From the NCBI GenBank assembly GCA_002069965.1, contig MWCI01000007.1, forward strand, positions 873 to 64,872: DNA of 64,000 bases, written 5' to 3'. The DNA is from Spirochaetes bacterium ADurb.Bin218 (lineage in GTDB: Bacteria > Spirochaetota > UBA4802 > UBA5550). Below, in pieces: positions 17,964-29,240 of this stretch (position 1 is its first letter; every line of letters starts with the position of its first letter). A program made the position numbers and the translations under genes. The notes under the pieces were generated by a model that ran no database searches, was not told the DNA's origin, and saw only the letters and a list, made by a program, of their open reading frames with translations.

Positions 17964-19806
17964 AGTCAAGCTCAACAGTATCTCCCTCATATCGCTTTAC
18001 AGGTTTTACACTTACCTTTTCAAATACCTGTAGCATTTTTTGATTCTGAGAAAGCACAGAGGCCTTCAGTTTCTTGATACCTCTCTCCTTTGCTATCTTT
18101 ATAAGATAATTAGCCATAAAGGTAGCAATCCCCTTACCCTGATAATCCTCATCAACCAGAAAGGCCATTTCATAGGCATCCTCATCAGGATAAACAGCAT
18201 ATCTGGCTTCCGCAACTATTCGCTCGATATTGCCCTGCTGATGAACTGCTACAATGGAAAGAATATTCTCATAGTCAACGCTTAGGTACTTCTGCATATT
18301 CTTATGAGGCATTACCTTTACATGAGTAAAATACCTGTAGTACTTTGACTCATCAGAAAATTTATAAAAAAGCCTCCGCATCATATCTTCATCTGAGGCT
18401 TTAATTGGCCTTATTTTTAATTCAAGCCCATCTTTAAAAGTCTTGACTGTTTCTAACTTATAAGGATAGTTAGCTGCAATTGATTTATAAATCTGATCCG
18501 GATAAATGTATCCTTCTTTTTTAGCCTCATTAAAAAGTCTCTCCCTGTGTTCTGGATGAGCGATCTCTATCAATGAAAGAGCTCTCTCCCTGATAGACTT
18601 ACCAAAAAGAGATGCCACTCCAAATTCCGTAACAACATAGCGAGCAGCACTGAGAGTAGATTTTACTCTGTTGTTATCCCTGTCAAATGATAAAACAATA
18701 TTGCTCTCACCATTCTTATCAACAGAGTTGAGAACAAATATAACCTTCCCGCTCCCAGAAAAGGCAGTCCCTGCAGCAAAATTAAACTTACTCTCATAAC
18801 CAGAAATAAGATCATCTCCTGAATATACCAATACCCTTGCTGCAGTTATATCGATCTTTTCTACATTCATTATGCTGATAAGTCTTGGAATATCCTTAAG
18901 AAACAAAGGATTTGCAAGTCTTGCAATAGGATAAAATCCAAAAAGCTGATTGCGATCAACAAAATCATACAACTCCTTTGTGCCATAACAATAAGAAGTA
19001 GAGATCTGTCCTCCACTTTCCTTTTTACGATCCACTGATATTGCCCCTGCCTTAACAAGATCAATTACCCAATCAGAGACCACATTGGTCAAAATCCCAA
19101 GATTTTTCTTTGACATTAAATGCATTGCAATTGCATCAAAGATTTTACCAACATGAAGCACCACAGTTGACCCATCCTGAATTAGATTGCTTACATGCCA
19201 GCCTATTCTCTCCTGAACATTGTTAAAGGGCTTTCTTTCTCTTTCAAGGAGCGGATGATTGCTCTGCAGTATATAATCTACCTGATCAATGTGGATTGAG
19301 GTCTCTCCGTATGTCACTGGCATGTTTGGATTAACCTCTGCGATAACAATTGAAGCGTTTTTTATTACTGTTGAGGCAACATCTATGGCAACCCCTAAAC
19401 TCATAAATCCATGCTTATCTGGAGGGGATGCCGATAAAATAGCTATGTCAATTTCAATTGCCTTTGTAGCAAATATATATGGAATCTCTATTAAGTTTGC
19501 AGGTATAAAATCCTCTTTGCCATCACAGGTATTTTCAGAAGTTGTCTCACCACTTCTAAAGGTCTTCAATCTATAGCTTTGTAAATCACAGGATAATTGA
19601 TTGAAAAAATAATCCAGAGAAAAGAGTTGTATTATTTCAAGGTCATAATTTTTGAGCCTTTCACTTGTAGTAATCTCCTTTGCCGCCACCTGGGGAATTG
19701 CAGGCCCGCTTGTCAAAAAGATCTTATTGCCAGGCTTTATGAGTTCGATAAATTTATCTACAGTTATTAACTTTTTTTCAAAGTCATCCTGTCTAAGCAT
19801 ATACAT
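17953..19806 (-). CDS. Acetyl-CoA hydrolase/transferase family domain fused to a C-terminal GNAT acetyltransferase domain
   Basis: The N-terminal ~450 aa look like a CoA-transferase. The C-terminus IRPIKASDEDMMRRLFY...FLVDEDYQGKGIATFM.. is a GNAT with the Q/RxxGxG/A-like acetyl-CoA site. Confidence 0.7.
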   Translation of the reverse strand: MYMLRQDDFEKKLITVDKFIELIKPGNKIFLTSGPAIPQVAAKEITTSERLKNYDLEIIQLFSLDYFFNQLSCDLQSYRLKTFRSGETTSENTCDGKEDFIPANLIEIPYIFATKAIEIDIAILSASPPDKHGFMSLGVAIDVASTVIKNASIVIAEVNPNMPVTYGETSIHIDQVDYILQSNHPLLERERKPFNNVQERIGWHVSNLIQDGSTVVLHVGKIFDAIAMHLMSKKNLGILTNVVSDWVIDLVKAGAISVDRKKESGGQISTSYCYGTKELYDFVDRNQLFGFYPIARLANPLFLKDIPRLISIMNVEKIDITAARVLVYSGDDLISGYESKFNFAAGTAFSGSGKVIFVLNSVDKNGESNIVLSFDRDNNRVKSTLSAARYVVTEFGVASLFGKSIRERALSLIEIAHPEHRERLFNEAKKEGYIYPDQIYKSIAANYPYKLETVKTFKDGLELKIRPIKASDEDMMRRLFYKFSDESKYYRYFTHVKVMPHKNMQKYLSVDYENILSIVAVHQQGNIERIVAEARYAVYPDEDAYEMAFLVDEDYQGKGIATFMANYLIKIAKERGIKKLKASVLSQNQKMLQVFEKVSVKPVKRYEGDTVELDFIL

Positions 19807-19905
19807 ACCCTCATAGATCCAGATTTACATCTAAGGACTTTAAAGCAAGTTACTCTTTTACCTCAATATGGTCAAGAATAATAAATTAAATAAAACCTAT
19901 AAATC

Positions 19906-20826
19906 TCACGGATAAAAGAAAACCAATCTATTTCCTATGTTGCTATAGAGATCATATAAGATCCCTTTTGATGTCACAACAATTGCATCATCATCAAAAA
20001 CAGAAGTCCCCTCTCCAGAAAAAACAGAAGAAGGGCCAGCTATAGATCCACCATCAAGCTCTCTTAAAACTTTTCCAGAGCTTATAGAAAATTCAAAAAC
20101 CGTCCCTTTGGTAAAATCACAAACTATGAGATTATCTCCTTTTTTCATTAAATCATCAAAAACATGCAAAGGTCGACAATAGAGTTCTTTTATTTTTCCA
20201 GGATTACCTTTTATAATTGGAATCATCTTTATCTTGCAAAGATCAGTTATATAGAGATTCCCGCAATCATAGAGCATACCATTTGGGGAAGTTAAGCCAT
20301 AATCCAGCCACACATATTCATTTACCACAGAACCACTGCTATGATCAATCTCAAGCTTTATAATTCTTCCAAGCTTAAAGGATATTTCAATCTGATCTGC
20401 CACATATAAATTACCCTCTGAATCAAAGGCAATCCCATTTGGCATTAAGACCTTTGAGAACCTGTAGACTCTATAACTTTTTCCTGTGGCCGGATTATAT
20501 GCTATCAGATTACTCTCTGTTAAGCTTTTCATCTGGGCTATATAAATTATACCATTAAACTCAGCAATACCAAGGAAGTTACCACTATCATCTATAATTT
20601 TAGTTTTTTTATAAATAGCGCTTTCACCAAATCCAGAAACCTTTTCTATTTCATAAACGCCATTTGTGCATGTTATGAAAACGCCTCCTGTTGAAGAAAC
20701 AAGAGAGTTTTCTGCATCAGGAAGACCTTGCACAGCTGTGATAATCTCCACATCATAGCATCCTGTAGCAAAAAATAAAAAGAAAGCTGGTAGCACAAAA
20801 AAGAAAAACCTTTTCAATTTTTTCAT
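19906..20826 (-). CDS. Lipoprotein with beta-propeller-like repeats (SMP-30/NHL-like, tentative)
   Basis: I moved the start to MKKLKRFFFFVLPAFFLFFATGC (lipobox), preceded by GGAGATATTC. Repeated ..G.LYVAD/..NGI..D.. strands are present. Confidence 0.65.
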   Translation of the reverse strand: MKKLKRFFFFVLPAFFLFFATGCYDVEIITAVQGLPDAENSLVSSTGGVFITCTNGVYEIEKVSGFGESAIYKKTKIIDDSGNFLGIAEFNGIIYIAQMKSLTESNLIAYNPATGKSYRVYRFSKVLMPNGIAFDSEGNLYVADQIEISFKLGRIIKLEIDHSSGSVVNEYVWLDYGLTSPNGMLYDCGNLYITDLCKIKMIPIIKGNPGKIKELYCRPLHVFDDLMKKGDNLIVCDFTKGTVFEFSISSGKVLRELDGGSIAGPSSVFSGEGTSVFDDDAIVVTSKGILYDLYSNIGNRLVFFYP

Positions 20827-20895
20827 GAATATCTCCAATAAAATTTTGATCAAAACAAAATCCTTTATTATTTTATACAAAATAATAATTTTAAA

Positions 20896-23800
20896 ATGAA
20901 ATATATGATATTTAATAAACTTTGTCAAAAAATTAAAAAATTTTTTACCCTTGAACCCAAATCTAAGCTGATCTGGGTTATGCGAATAGCATTAATCACA
21001 ACAATAATAACTTCACTATGGAGCTATACCTCTGCTATAAAAGAAATAAAAAATGCTATTGAGCAAAAACTTTCTATAAAAGCTGACATGCTAACAATAT
21101 ATCTCTCTATGCTAAGTCAAAATGTTGACTCAATGGCCTCAAGCATAAGCTCAAACTATGGTGCAAAAAAAATCCCATATCTTTCAAAAGTAAGGTTATA
21201 TAGTAAAGAAAAGGTATGGGGGCTATCGGGCTATGATTCTGATGGAGGAGTTGCAGATATAACTGGAACATGCACAGGCACAGGGGATTTCCCTCTTTCT
21301 AAGGGAATAATTGAGGAGCTTAATGCAGTTTTATCAATTGATCCTCAGATAAAATCCCTTATGGAGCACAATAAAAACATTATATGGGTCTATTATACTT
21401 CAAAAAATAAATTTCTCTATCTTGCACCAAAGCTAACTATAAGTCAGTATCAATTCTCAGTGGATGAATATAAAAAGCCCTTCTGGTATCAGGCAATACC
21501 TCAAAATAATAAAACTCTTAAACAGATAATATCAGATCTATATTACGACAGCGTAACAGGCCTGCCAATGATTACAATATCATCTCCTGTTATAATAGAA
21601 AAAGAGTTCAAAGGCGTAATATCACTGGATCTTCTCACTTCGTTCTTAGAAGAGCTTACAGAAATAGAGAATATACCAGGAGAGACCATATTAATAGACG
21701 AAAAAGGCCAATTCGTTGCAGGTTCAACAAAAAGATCTCAAGAGAAAAAATACAATATCAATAATATAATAGGGCCCTGGCATTATGGTGAAGAAGGAGC
21801 TCTATGGATTGGATATGAGATCTTTCCAGGAGAATTAATTCTTGGACATAAAATAACTAAAGCCGACATCCTTATCCCTGGCCTAAAGGAAAGACTTCCG
21901 ATGTGGATATTGATCTTATTTTTTCTATTGTTTTATGGAGGCACCTTAAAATATATATCTCTAAAACAAGAAGGTAAAATTCTCCTTAATGAAATAGAAA
22001 CAGAAAAAAATCTCTCAATGGAGATTCTCAGAGAAAAAGAGCGGTTCCTTGAAACACTCATAAGCAATCTTCCAGGCTTTATATACAGATGTGCCTATGA
22101 CAGAGACTGGACAATGTTTTTTATAAGTGATGGATGCAAGGCAATAACTGGCTATGATCCCGAGGATCTCATAAACAATAAAACCCTTGCATTTAATGAT
22201 CTCATCGATCCAGAATACAGAGAGCCTATATGGCAGGAATGGATTGCTATTATAAAAAATAAAAGACACTTTGAATATGAATATCCCATAATTACAAAAA
22301 GTGGAGAGAAAAGATGGGTATGGGAAAGAGGAGTACCTATATTCTCTACTTCCGGAGAGATTGAGGCCTTAGAGGGATTTATCACTGATATTACAAAGCG
22401 CAAAGAGGCAGAAAAAATTCTGGAGATATTTAAAGCATCTGTAGAAAACTCCACAGATGCCATAGGCATGTCCACACCTCAGGGGAAGCATTTTTATCAA
22501 AACAAAGCATTTACCGAACTATTTGGCGATGTTGGTCAATACCCCCCAGATACAGTATATGTTGACCAAAAAATTGGCGAAGAGGTCTTTAAGACAATAA
22601 TCTCTGGCAACAGCTGGAATGGCGAAGTGCTAATGTATTCAAAGAATAAAGATATACTAAACATATCCCTAAGAGCCTATGCGGTAAAAGATGAAAAAGG
22701 CAAAATAATGGCTCTTGTAGGAATACACAGCGATATTACAGATAAAATAAAAAATAATGAAGAGAGACAAAAATTACAGGAGGAGCTTTTCCACTCACAG
22801 AAAATGGAATTAGTTGGAAGACTTGCCGGAGGAGTAGCCCACGACTTTAACAATATGCTCACTGTAATAATAGGCCAGGCTGAGCTTGCTTTGCTTAAAA
22901 TTTCTCAGGAATCCAATGTATACAAGAATATCGTTGAAATAGAAAAAGCAGCCAAGAGATCAGCAAATATAACAGGCCAGTTGCTTTCCTTTGCGAGAAA
23001 ACAAAGTGTTCAACCAAGAGTTATAAACTTAAACAATTCTATAGAATCCATTATTTCCATCATTAAGAGAATGATTGGCGAGCTAATTACATTACAATGG
23101 AAGCGCAATGACAATGCAGGTAATATTTTCATAGATCCATTGCAGATTGATCAAATTCTTACCAACCTCTGCATAAATGCAAAAGACGCAATGAATGGTA
23201 AAGGTAAAATAACAATCTCAACAGACAGTGTAATTATAGATGAAAATACTAAGGGAAATTTTTATACAGAAATTATCCCTGGCAAATGGTCAATTCTCTC
23301 AGTCAGGGATACAGGAAAAGGGATGTCTGAGGAAGTACTTGCTCATCTTTTTGAACCTTTTTTTACAACCAAAGCTTTAGGCAAAGGGACAGGACTTGGC
23401 CTTGCAACTGTCTATGGTATTGTAAGGCAAAACAAAGGACTGATAGAGGTAGTTAATTATCCAGGAGAAGGGGTAGAGTTCAAAATATATTTCCCTGAAG
23501 TTGAAACACCCTCTGAGACAGAAAAAAAAGCTGAAGAAGCTCTTGATACAGAGACATCTGGCAAATCAATTTTACTTGTTGAGGATGAGCCCATGATGCT
23601 TGAAATGACAGAGGCCATGTTGCATGAACTTGGATATAAGGTAACAGCCCTGACTTCTCCTCTCAAAGCCATTGAGACTGCAGAAACAAATCACTTTGAC
23701 CTTCTTCTTACAGATATAATTATGCCTGAGCTCAATGGTCTTGATCTTGTAAAAAATATATTACAAAAAAATCCTACCTTAAAAATACTTTATATGTCTG

Positions 23801-23931
23801 GCTACACCTTTGACATAATATCCTCCGAGGGTATAGAAGAAAAAAATATTAATTTCTTGCAAAAGCCTTTCAACATAGCAGAGTTATCTCAAAAGATAAA
23901 AGAGGCCTTACTCTCTCAGAAGGTAAACTAA
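20896..23931 (+). CDS. Hybrid sensor histidine kinase (periplasmic sensor domain, PAS domains, HisKA/HATPase, receiver)
   Basis: Two TM segments flank a ~300-aa extracytoplasmic domain, followed by PAS-like repeats. The H-box is [12 protein letters not shown] and the G-box is [15 protein letters not shown]. The C-terminal receiver has [21 protein letters not shown]. Confidence 0.9.
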   Translation: MKYMIFNKLCQKIKKFFTLEPKSKLIWVMRIALITTIITSLWSYTSAIKEIKNAIEQKLSIKADMLTIYLSMLSQNVDSMASSISSNYGAKKIPYLSKVRLYSKEKVWGLSGYDSDGGVADITGTCTGTGDFPLSKGIIEELNAVLSIDPQIKSLMEHNKNIIWVYYTSKNKFLYLAPKLTISQYQFSVDEYKKPFWYQAIPQNNKTLKQIISDLYYDSVTGLPMITISSPVIIEKEFKGVISLDLLTSFLEELTEIENIPGETILIDEKGQFVAGSTKRSQEKKYNINNIIGPWHYGEEGALWIGYEIFPGELILGHKITKADILIPGLKERLPMWILILFFLLFYGGTLKYISLKQEGKILLNEIETEKNLSMEILREKERFLETLISNLPGFIYRCAYDRDWTMFFISDGCKAITGYDPEDLINNKTLAFNDLIDPEYREPIWQEWIAIIKNKRHFEYEYPIITKSGEKRWVWERGVPIFSTSGEIEALEGFITDITKRKEAEKILEIFKASVENSTDAIGMSTPQGKHFYQNKAFTELFGDVGQYPPDTVYVDQKIGEEVFKTIISGNSWNGEVLMYSKNKDILNISLRAYAVKDEKGKIMALVGIHSDITDKIKNNEERQKLQEELFHSQKMELVGRLAGGVAHDFNNMLTVIIGQAELALLKISQESNVYKNIVEIEKAAKRSANITGQLLSFARKQSVQPRVINLNNSIESIISIIKRMIGELITLQWKRNDNAGNIFIDPLQIDQILTNLCINAKDAMNGKGKITISTDSVIIDENTKGNFYTEIIPGKWSILSVRDTGKGMSEEVLAHLFEPFFTTKALGKGTGLGLATVYGIVRQNKGLIEVVNYPGEGVEFKIYFPEVETPSETEKKAEEALDTETSGKSILLVEDEPMMLEMTEAMLHELGYKVTALTSPLKAIETAETNHFDLLLTDIIMPELNGLDLVKNILQKNPTLKILYMSGYTFDIISSEGIEEKNINFLQKPFNIAELSQKIKEALLSQKVN

Positions 23932-23932
23932 A

Positions 23933-24727
23933 ATGAAAAATAAGATCCTTAAAATTAAAGATAATATATATGCTGTCCGTGGTATATGGCTGTGGCACTT
24001 CTCCTTTTTTCCTACATATTGCTATATTATACAGAATAAAAAAAATGGGGAAATTATACTTATAGATACATGCGGTCCAGGCACTTCACATCTTATCAAA
24101 GAGGCTATTGAATTTATGGGAGGGAAAGCCACCGACATTACAGCAATAGCTCTTACACACTGGCACCAGGATCATACAGGAAGCATCTGTGAAATTGCCA
24201 CGATGATTGGCAAAAGGGATAAGCCTCTTAAAATATTTATACACTACAGGGATGCTGACTTTTTGATCTCCCAAAAGCTGAGATGGCTAAATATTCACCC
24301 TTTCTTAAAAATAAAAGTCTGCCACAAACCAGGAAAACTGCCATCCAATGAACTCTACGAACTTGTTCCCTTTGGCAATAGTAACAATAATCCTCTTTCT
24401 TCCTATGGAATTGATTTTATTCACTCACCAGGACATACCCCAGGGCACAGCGCCTATCTCTACAAGGAAGATGGGATACTTTTTTCAGGATGCGGCCTTT
24501 CTATCCTTGGGAAGAAAACAGTTGGAATAGTTCCAGTATTTTACAACAGAAAAGAGCAAATTGAATCTGCCAAAAAACTTGCACAGATGGATTTTAAATA
24601 TTTATATCCTGCTCACCTTTATTTGAATCACAAAGAGATAAGCAAAGGCAAAAGAGTTGCTTGCAACCAAAAATCTTTCATAAACAGAATATTTGGAAGT
24701 CTGCCATTATTTAAATACATGGATTAG
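23933..24727 (+). CDS. MBL-fold metallo-hydrolase
   Basis: LTHWHQDHTG is the HxHxDH motif. The ATG lies 1 nt after the kinase stop. Confidence 0.8.
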   Translation: MKNKILKIKDNIYAVRGIWLWHFSFFPTYCYIIQNKKNGEIILIDTCGPGTSHLIKEAIEFMGGKATDITAIALTHWHQDHTGSICEIATMIGKRDKPLKIFIHYRDADFLISQKLRWLNIHPFLKIKVCHKPGKLPSNELYELVPFGNSNNNPLSSYGIDFIHSPGHTPGHSAYLYKEDGILFSGCGLSILGKKTVGIVPVFYNRKEQIESAKKLAQMDFKYLYPAHLYLNHKEISKGKRVACNQKSFINRIFGSLPLFKYMD

Positions 24728-24730
24728 ATC

Positions 24731-25303
24731 TCAGACAATATGCTCAAAGAGTATTCTACAGCCTATAAGCAGGAGTATAATTCCCCCTGCAATTTCAACC
24801 CTTTTGCCAAAAAATTCCTGCAGCCTGCAACCCATTCTAACTCCAATAAAGCTAAAGGCAAAGGTTGTAACACCTATAATCACAGCTGGATAAAAAATAT
24901 CAATGCCAATTAAAGAAAGAGATAATCCAACAGCCAGAGCATCAATGCTTGTGGCAATGGAAAGGACAAAAAGCCTGTGATAGTCCATAACAAATTTTTC
25001 CATGGAGCAAGCACCCTTTGCATCATTATAGCCTTTTATCCCCTCAACAATCATCTTTGAGCCAACATAAAATAAAAGGCCAAAGGCAACCCAGTGATCA
25101 TATCTTTCTATGAATTCAGAAAAAAAAGTTCCTCCATACCAGCCAATGATTGGCATAAAAGCCTGAAATCCACCAAAAAAAATAGCTATTGTAGATGTAT
25201 ATCTAAAAGGGACCCTATTGGCTGAGCAACCATAGGCAATGGCAACAGCAAAGGCATCCATTGAAAGTCCAATGGCAATACCAAAAATTATTAAAAAGGA
25301 CAT
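24731..25303 (-). CDS. mntP: Manganese efflux pump MntP
   Basis: GLSMDAFAVAIA near the N-terminus and SIDALAVG in the second half are the duplicated MntP motifs. It has 6 TM segments. Confidence 0.85.
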   Translation of the reverse strand: MSFLIIFGIAIGLSMDAFAVAIAYGCSANRVPFRYTSTIAIFFGGFQAFMPIIGWYGGTFFSEFIERYDHWVAFGLLFYVGSKMIVEGIKGYNDAKGACSMEKFVMDYHRLFVLSIATSIDALAVGLSLSLIGIDIFYPAVIIGVTTFAFSFIGVRMGCRLQEFFGKRVEIAGGIILLLIGCRILFEHIV

Positions 25304-25322
25304 CCTTCTTCACCTTCAAAAA

Positions 25323-26696
25323 TTATTCAAGATAAACCTTCTCCTGAGCAGGAACAATTGTCCCTTCAGGAATATCACTTTCCTGTAATGCAAAAAAAGG
25401 AGAGATTTCAATTACATCAACGACATCAGGAATTTTTACTCCTCTATTTGAAAGCCATCTTCTAAAAAGGGCATTCATCATTGCCTGTGCAGTGTGAACC
25501 GAATCTGCACCTGAAGCATTTTTTACAGGAGCAAATTCCTCTTCTCTTTTTGTCTCAAGTATAACAGTTTTTTCTGCCATGGGAATTGCGTCAAATACAA
25601 ATTTTTCAAATTTTAAACCTGTAATCTCACACTGCTGACCGTCTTTAAAGGCCTCAATCTTTTTCTTTGCCACATGGTATGGCAGATTTACATTTGAGCT
25701 TCCTGTAATTTTATCCACAAATTTTATATCAAAAAGATGAATTGCAGGATTTGCTGCACAGTAAAGAATCCCACCTTCGGAATCCTTTGCAAAAATCTTT
25801 TCCTGAGGCATATCTGAGTATTCAATAATGCCAAGTTTACCATTTTTGAATCTAACAAAAACCCCAGTCTTTTCTTCATGATAGGCCTTCATCAAAGCCT
25901 TGCTTGAAACATCAGCTTTATTTAAAATGTGAAAACCTATAAAAATTGGATCAATAATCTTTACAAGGGGATTATCCACCTGAAAATATGAAATTACCTC
26001 AATTCCCATATCCTCCAGTAGCTTAAGTGCACCAGAACTTCTAAGAGCAGAAAGACTGCCTCCATGCCCATCGGGATTCATAAATATTGTACTCTTATCA
26101 GAAAGTATAAGCTTTCCATCAAGATCAAGAGAAGGTATCATATTCTGTGGAAAGATATGAACCAGAGCAGGGGTCAGTCCAAAAAAGTGATTTTCCCTGA
26201 AAAAGTCCACAGTCTCTTCATGATTATCCCTTGATGTCATTATAAGAAAAGGAATCTTAACTCCATATTTTATCTCTGAGGCACGAATCTTTTCTGCATG
26301 AAAGTGAAAAAGCGTTTTTCCTGAGACAGGACCAACAGGAAACTTCCCCTTAGGCCCCTTAAAACCAAGACGAGATCCCTGACCTCCTGCAACTAAAAAA
26401 GCCGCAACCTTACCCTCTTTAATAAATTGCACGCCAAGATCTCTTGCTTTCATAAACTCAGGATCCCTTTCATCCTCTGGCAATTTTATGTAAGGAGCTG
26501 GAGAAAAATCCTCAGGCACAGAATTTTCTTTTAACTTAAAAATTTTTTCAAGAAGATCAAAATCTATTATTCCAAGTTCATCGAGCAAAGCCTTTTTTTC
26601 AGAATCAATCAATTGATCCCAATACTGAAATACATGCTCCTGTTTATATTTATAAACCCTCTGTATAACATCATCATATCCAGCAAAACTTATCAT
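25323..26696 (-). CDS. UDP-sugar / UDP-N-acetylhexosamine pyrophosphorylase (UDPGP family, eukaryote-like UAP type)
   Basis: LVAGGQGSRLGFKGPKGKFPV is the nucleotide-binding loop of UAP/UGP enzymes. NPDGHGG is also present. Confidence 0.75.
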   Translation of the reverse strand: MISFAGYDDVIQRVYKYKQEHVFQYWDQLIDSEKKALLDELGIIDFDLLEKIFKLKENSVPEDFSPAPYIKLPEDERDPEFMKARDLGVQFIKEGKVAAFLVAGGQGSRLGFKGPKGKFPVGPVSGKTLFHFHAEKIRASEIKYGVKIPFLIMTSRDNHEETVDFFRENHFFGLTPALVHIFPQNMIPSLDLDGKLILSDKSTIFMNPDGHGGSLSALRSSGALKLLEDMGIEVISYFQVDNPLVKIIDPIFIGFHILNKADVSSKALMKAYHEEKTGVFVRFKNGKLGIIEYSDMPQEKIFAKDSEGGILYCAANPAIHLFDIKFVDKITGSSNVNLPYHVAKKKIEAFKDGQQCEITGLKFEKFVFDAIPMAEKTVILETKREEEFAPVKNASGADSVHTAQAMMNALFRRWLSNRGVKIPDVVDVIEISPFFALQESDIPEGTIVPAQEKVYLE

Positions 26697-26755
26697 ATAA
26701 CTATCCCTTCAATAAAAATGGAATTGCCTCTTCTTACAAAATAATAATAAAATAG

Positions 26756-27676
<921 letters not shown>

Positions 27677-27718
27677 ATTATCCTTGTGCCAAAATTAAAA
27701 ATTTTGTATTTTTTTTGT

Positions 27719-27746
27719 TTGACAATAATAGCCATGTAACTAAATT
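27719..27746 (+). promoter_or_regulatory. Sigma-70-type promoter for the tRNA-Ser pair
   Basis: TTGACA, 16 nt, TAAATT, ending 7 nt before the mature tRNA 5' end. Confidence 0.6.
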
Positions 27747-27753
27747 TGTTAGC

Positions 27754-27837
27754 GGAGAGTTGTCCGAGTGGTCGATGGAGGCGGTCTTGAAAACCGTTGG
27801 GTTAACAGCCCCAGGGGTTCGAATCCCTTACTCTCCG
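27754..27837 (+). tRNA. tRNA-Ser (anticodon UGA)
   Basis: Acceptor GGAGAGT/ACTCTCC, anticodon loop CTTGAAA, long variable arm, T-loop GGTTCGAATCC. No CCA is encoded. Confidence 0.9.
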
Positions 27838-27863
27838 AATTTTTTTTATAAACAACATCAAAA

Positions 27864-27950
27864 GGAGAGGTGCCCGAGAGGCCGAAGGGGGTTGCCTGCT
27901 AAGCAATTGCACCGTTTTAGGTGCCGGGGGTTCGAATCCCCCCTTCTCCG
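27864..27950 (+). tRNA. tRNA-Ser (anticodon GCU)
   Basis: Acceptor GGAGAGG/CTTCTCC, anticodon stem GTTGC/GCAAT with loop CTGCTAA, long variable arm, T-loop GGTTCGAATCC. Confidence 0.9.
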
Positions 27951-27964
27951 GATGCGTTAAGAAA

Positions 27965-28405
27965 ATGGTGCTTGATTTAAAAAACATTAAATTACCAGAA
28001 AAATTAAACCTTTACCTAAAAAAGGCAATGGCCTTATCTCAACATATTTATATCCAATATATCAAGCCCTTTGATATACTGAATTTAAGTTATTTTCCTT
28101 TTATTGGCTGGTTTGTCCCTATGATTTTAAACAGGGATGATTTTGATAAATATCACGCAAAACAGGGATTTGTTCTTGCTGTATTTTTTACTTTCACATG
28201 CTCTTTTTTATATTTCTTCAAGTATTTTGTCCCAGAAAGAGCAGATATAGTTCAACTTGTAGTAATTCTCTTAATATATGTTCTATATATCATATATTTT
28301 ACAATCTGCTATTTAGGCACAAAGATGATCCTAAGGAGGGAGATAGGGGAATTTGCCTACATAGACAAATATGTAAAAATGTTAACTTCAAAAATAGACA
28401 TATAA
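27965..28405 (+). CDS. Small membrane protein (DUF4870-like, tentative) embedded in the tRNA cluster
   Basis: YFPFIGWFVPMIL....HAKQGFVLAVFF is followed by hydrophobic helices. Confidence 0.5.
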   Translation: MVLDLKNIKLPEKLNLYLKKAMALSQHIYIQYIKPFDILNLSYFPFIGWFVPMILNRDDFDKYHAKQGFVLAVFFTFTCSFLYFFKYFVPERADIVQLVVILLIYVLYIIYFTICYLGTKMILRREIGEFAYIDKYVKMLTSKIDI

Positions 28406-28413
28406 TATAAAAT

Positions 28414-28487
28414 GCGTCCGTAGCTCAGCTGGATAGAGTAGCGGACTACGAATCCGTTGGTCGGGGGTTCGAATCCCTCCGGACGCG
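28414..28487 (+). tRNA. tRNA-Arg (anticodon ACG)
   Basis: Acceptor GCGTCCG/CGGACGC, D-arm GCTCAGCTGGATAGAGT, anticodon loop CTACGAA, T-loop GGTTCGAATCC. Confidence 0.9.
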
Positions 28488-28490
28488 AAT

Positions 28491-28526
28491 TGAGGGCTTT
28501 GAGAGATCAAGGCCCTCTCTTTTTTA
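28491..28526 (+). terminator. Rho-independent terminator after tRNA-Arg
   Basis: GAGGGCTTT-GAGAGATC-AAGGCCCTC followed by TCTTTTTT. Confidence 0.8.
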
Positions 28527-28642
28527 CGAAAATCAAACATTCAACTTAAGTGGCTATTCATAGATAAACAAAATTCTTAAAAAAATTGAACTCCTATAAA
28601 GACTTTCTTGAAAAAAAATAAACTATAGGTGATAATAGCTTT

Positions 28643-28987
28643 ATGAGTGGCTCTGAATTGAATATAAATTATACAATAAAAAATAACTATATAATAGTCT
28701 ATCCAGAAGAAAGGCTGGATCTGTCCTCATCAGCCTATCTGGAAAAATCGCTCCGTTCCCTCTGTCAGGAATATCCTGACAAGAATATAATAATCAACTT
28801 ATCCAGGGTCCCTTTTATAAATAGCGCTGCCATAGGAGTCATATTGCTATTTTCGCGCCAGCTTGCCTCAACAAATCTCTCCCTTAAGGTCACAAATCTC
28901 AATGACAACGTCAAAAAAATAATAAACATCCTTGAGGCAGAGGATTTAATAGACATTTATGAAGACGAAGAAAAGGCTATGGAATAA
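28643..28987 (+). CDS. STAS-domain protein (anti-sigma-factor antagonist-like)
   Basis: The SpoIIAA-like layout is present. The conserved loop reads FINSAAIGVILL, where SpoIIAA has DSSGLGVIL. An extended -10 (TGATAAT) lies upstream. Confidence 0.75.
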   Translation: MSGSELNINYTIKNNYIIVYPEERLDLSSSAYLEKSLRSLCQEYPDKNIIINLSRVPFINSAAIGVILLFSRQLASTNLSLKVTNLNDNVKKIINILEAEDLIDIYEDEEKAME

Positions 28988-28991
28988 AAAT

Positions 28992-29240
28992 ATGAAAAAA
29001 ACTCTGTCCCTTCTATTGCTCCTTTTAATTTCCTGCAGCTCTATACTCAAAGAGCCAACATGTGAAGAAAAATGTGAATATGCAAAAAGAGACTGTCTGG
29101 AATCTGCACGACAGGATAGCATAAACTTCTCTTTTTTTATGAGAGACCATGGCCGCTTTGTTCCCTATGCCTGGACAAAAAAATGCGAAGAAGATGCAGA
29201 AAAATGCAAAAAAACCTGCAACATAAGCGATGGAAAATAA
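28992..29240 (+). CDS. Small Cys-rich lipoprotein
   Basis: I moved the start to MKKTLSLLLLLLISC (lipobox). Six further Cys are spaced Cx3Cx6C ... Cx6Cx3C. Confidence 0.65.
   Translation: MKKTLSLLLLLLISCSSILKEPTCEEKCEYAKRDCLESARQDSINFSFFMRDHGRFVPYAWTKKCEEDAEKCKKTCNISDGK

Noticed and set aside
20827-20928. N-terminal extensions in the ORF track for several genes: 19906-20928, 10715-11551, 26756-27676, 28959-29240, 36806, 43550, 44450, 50883 and 61581.
   Set aside because: In each case an internal ATG preceded by a Shine-Dalgarno sequence gives the expected family N-terminus or signal peptide. The extensions are AT-rich, lack a ribosome-binding site, or begin with rare start codons.
25304-25322. 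I looked for a yybP-ykoY Mn riboswitch upstream of mntP.
   Set aside because: Only 19 nt of spacer are available, so there is no room for the roughly 100-nt aptamer.
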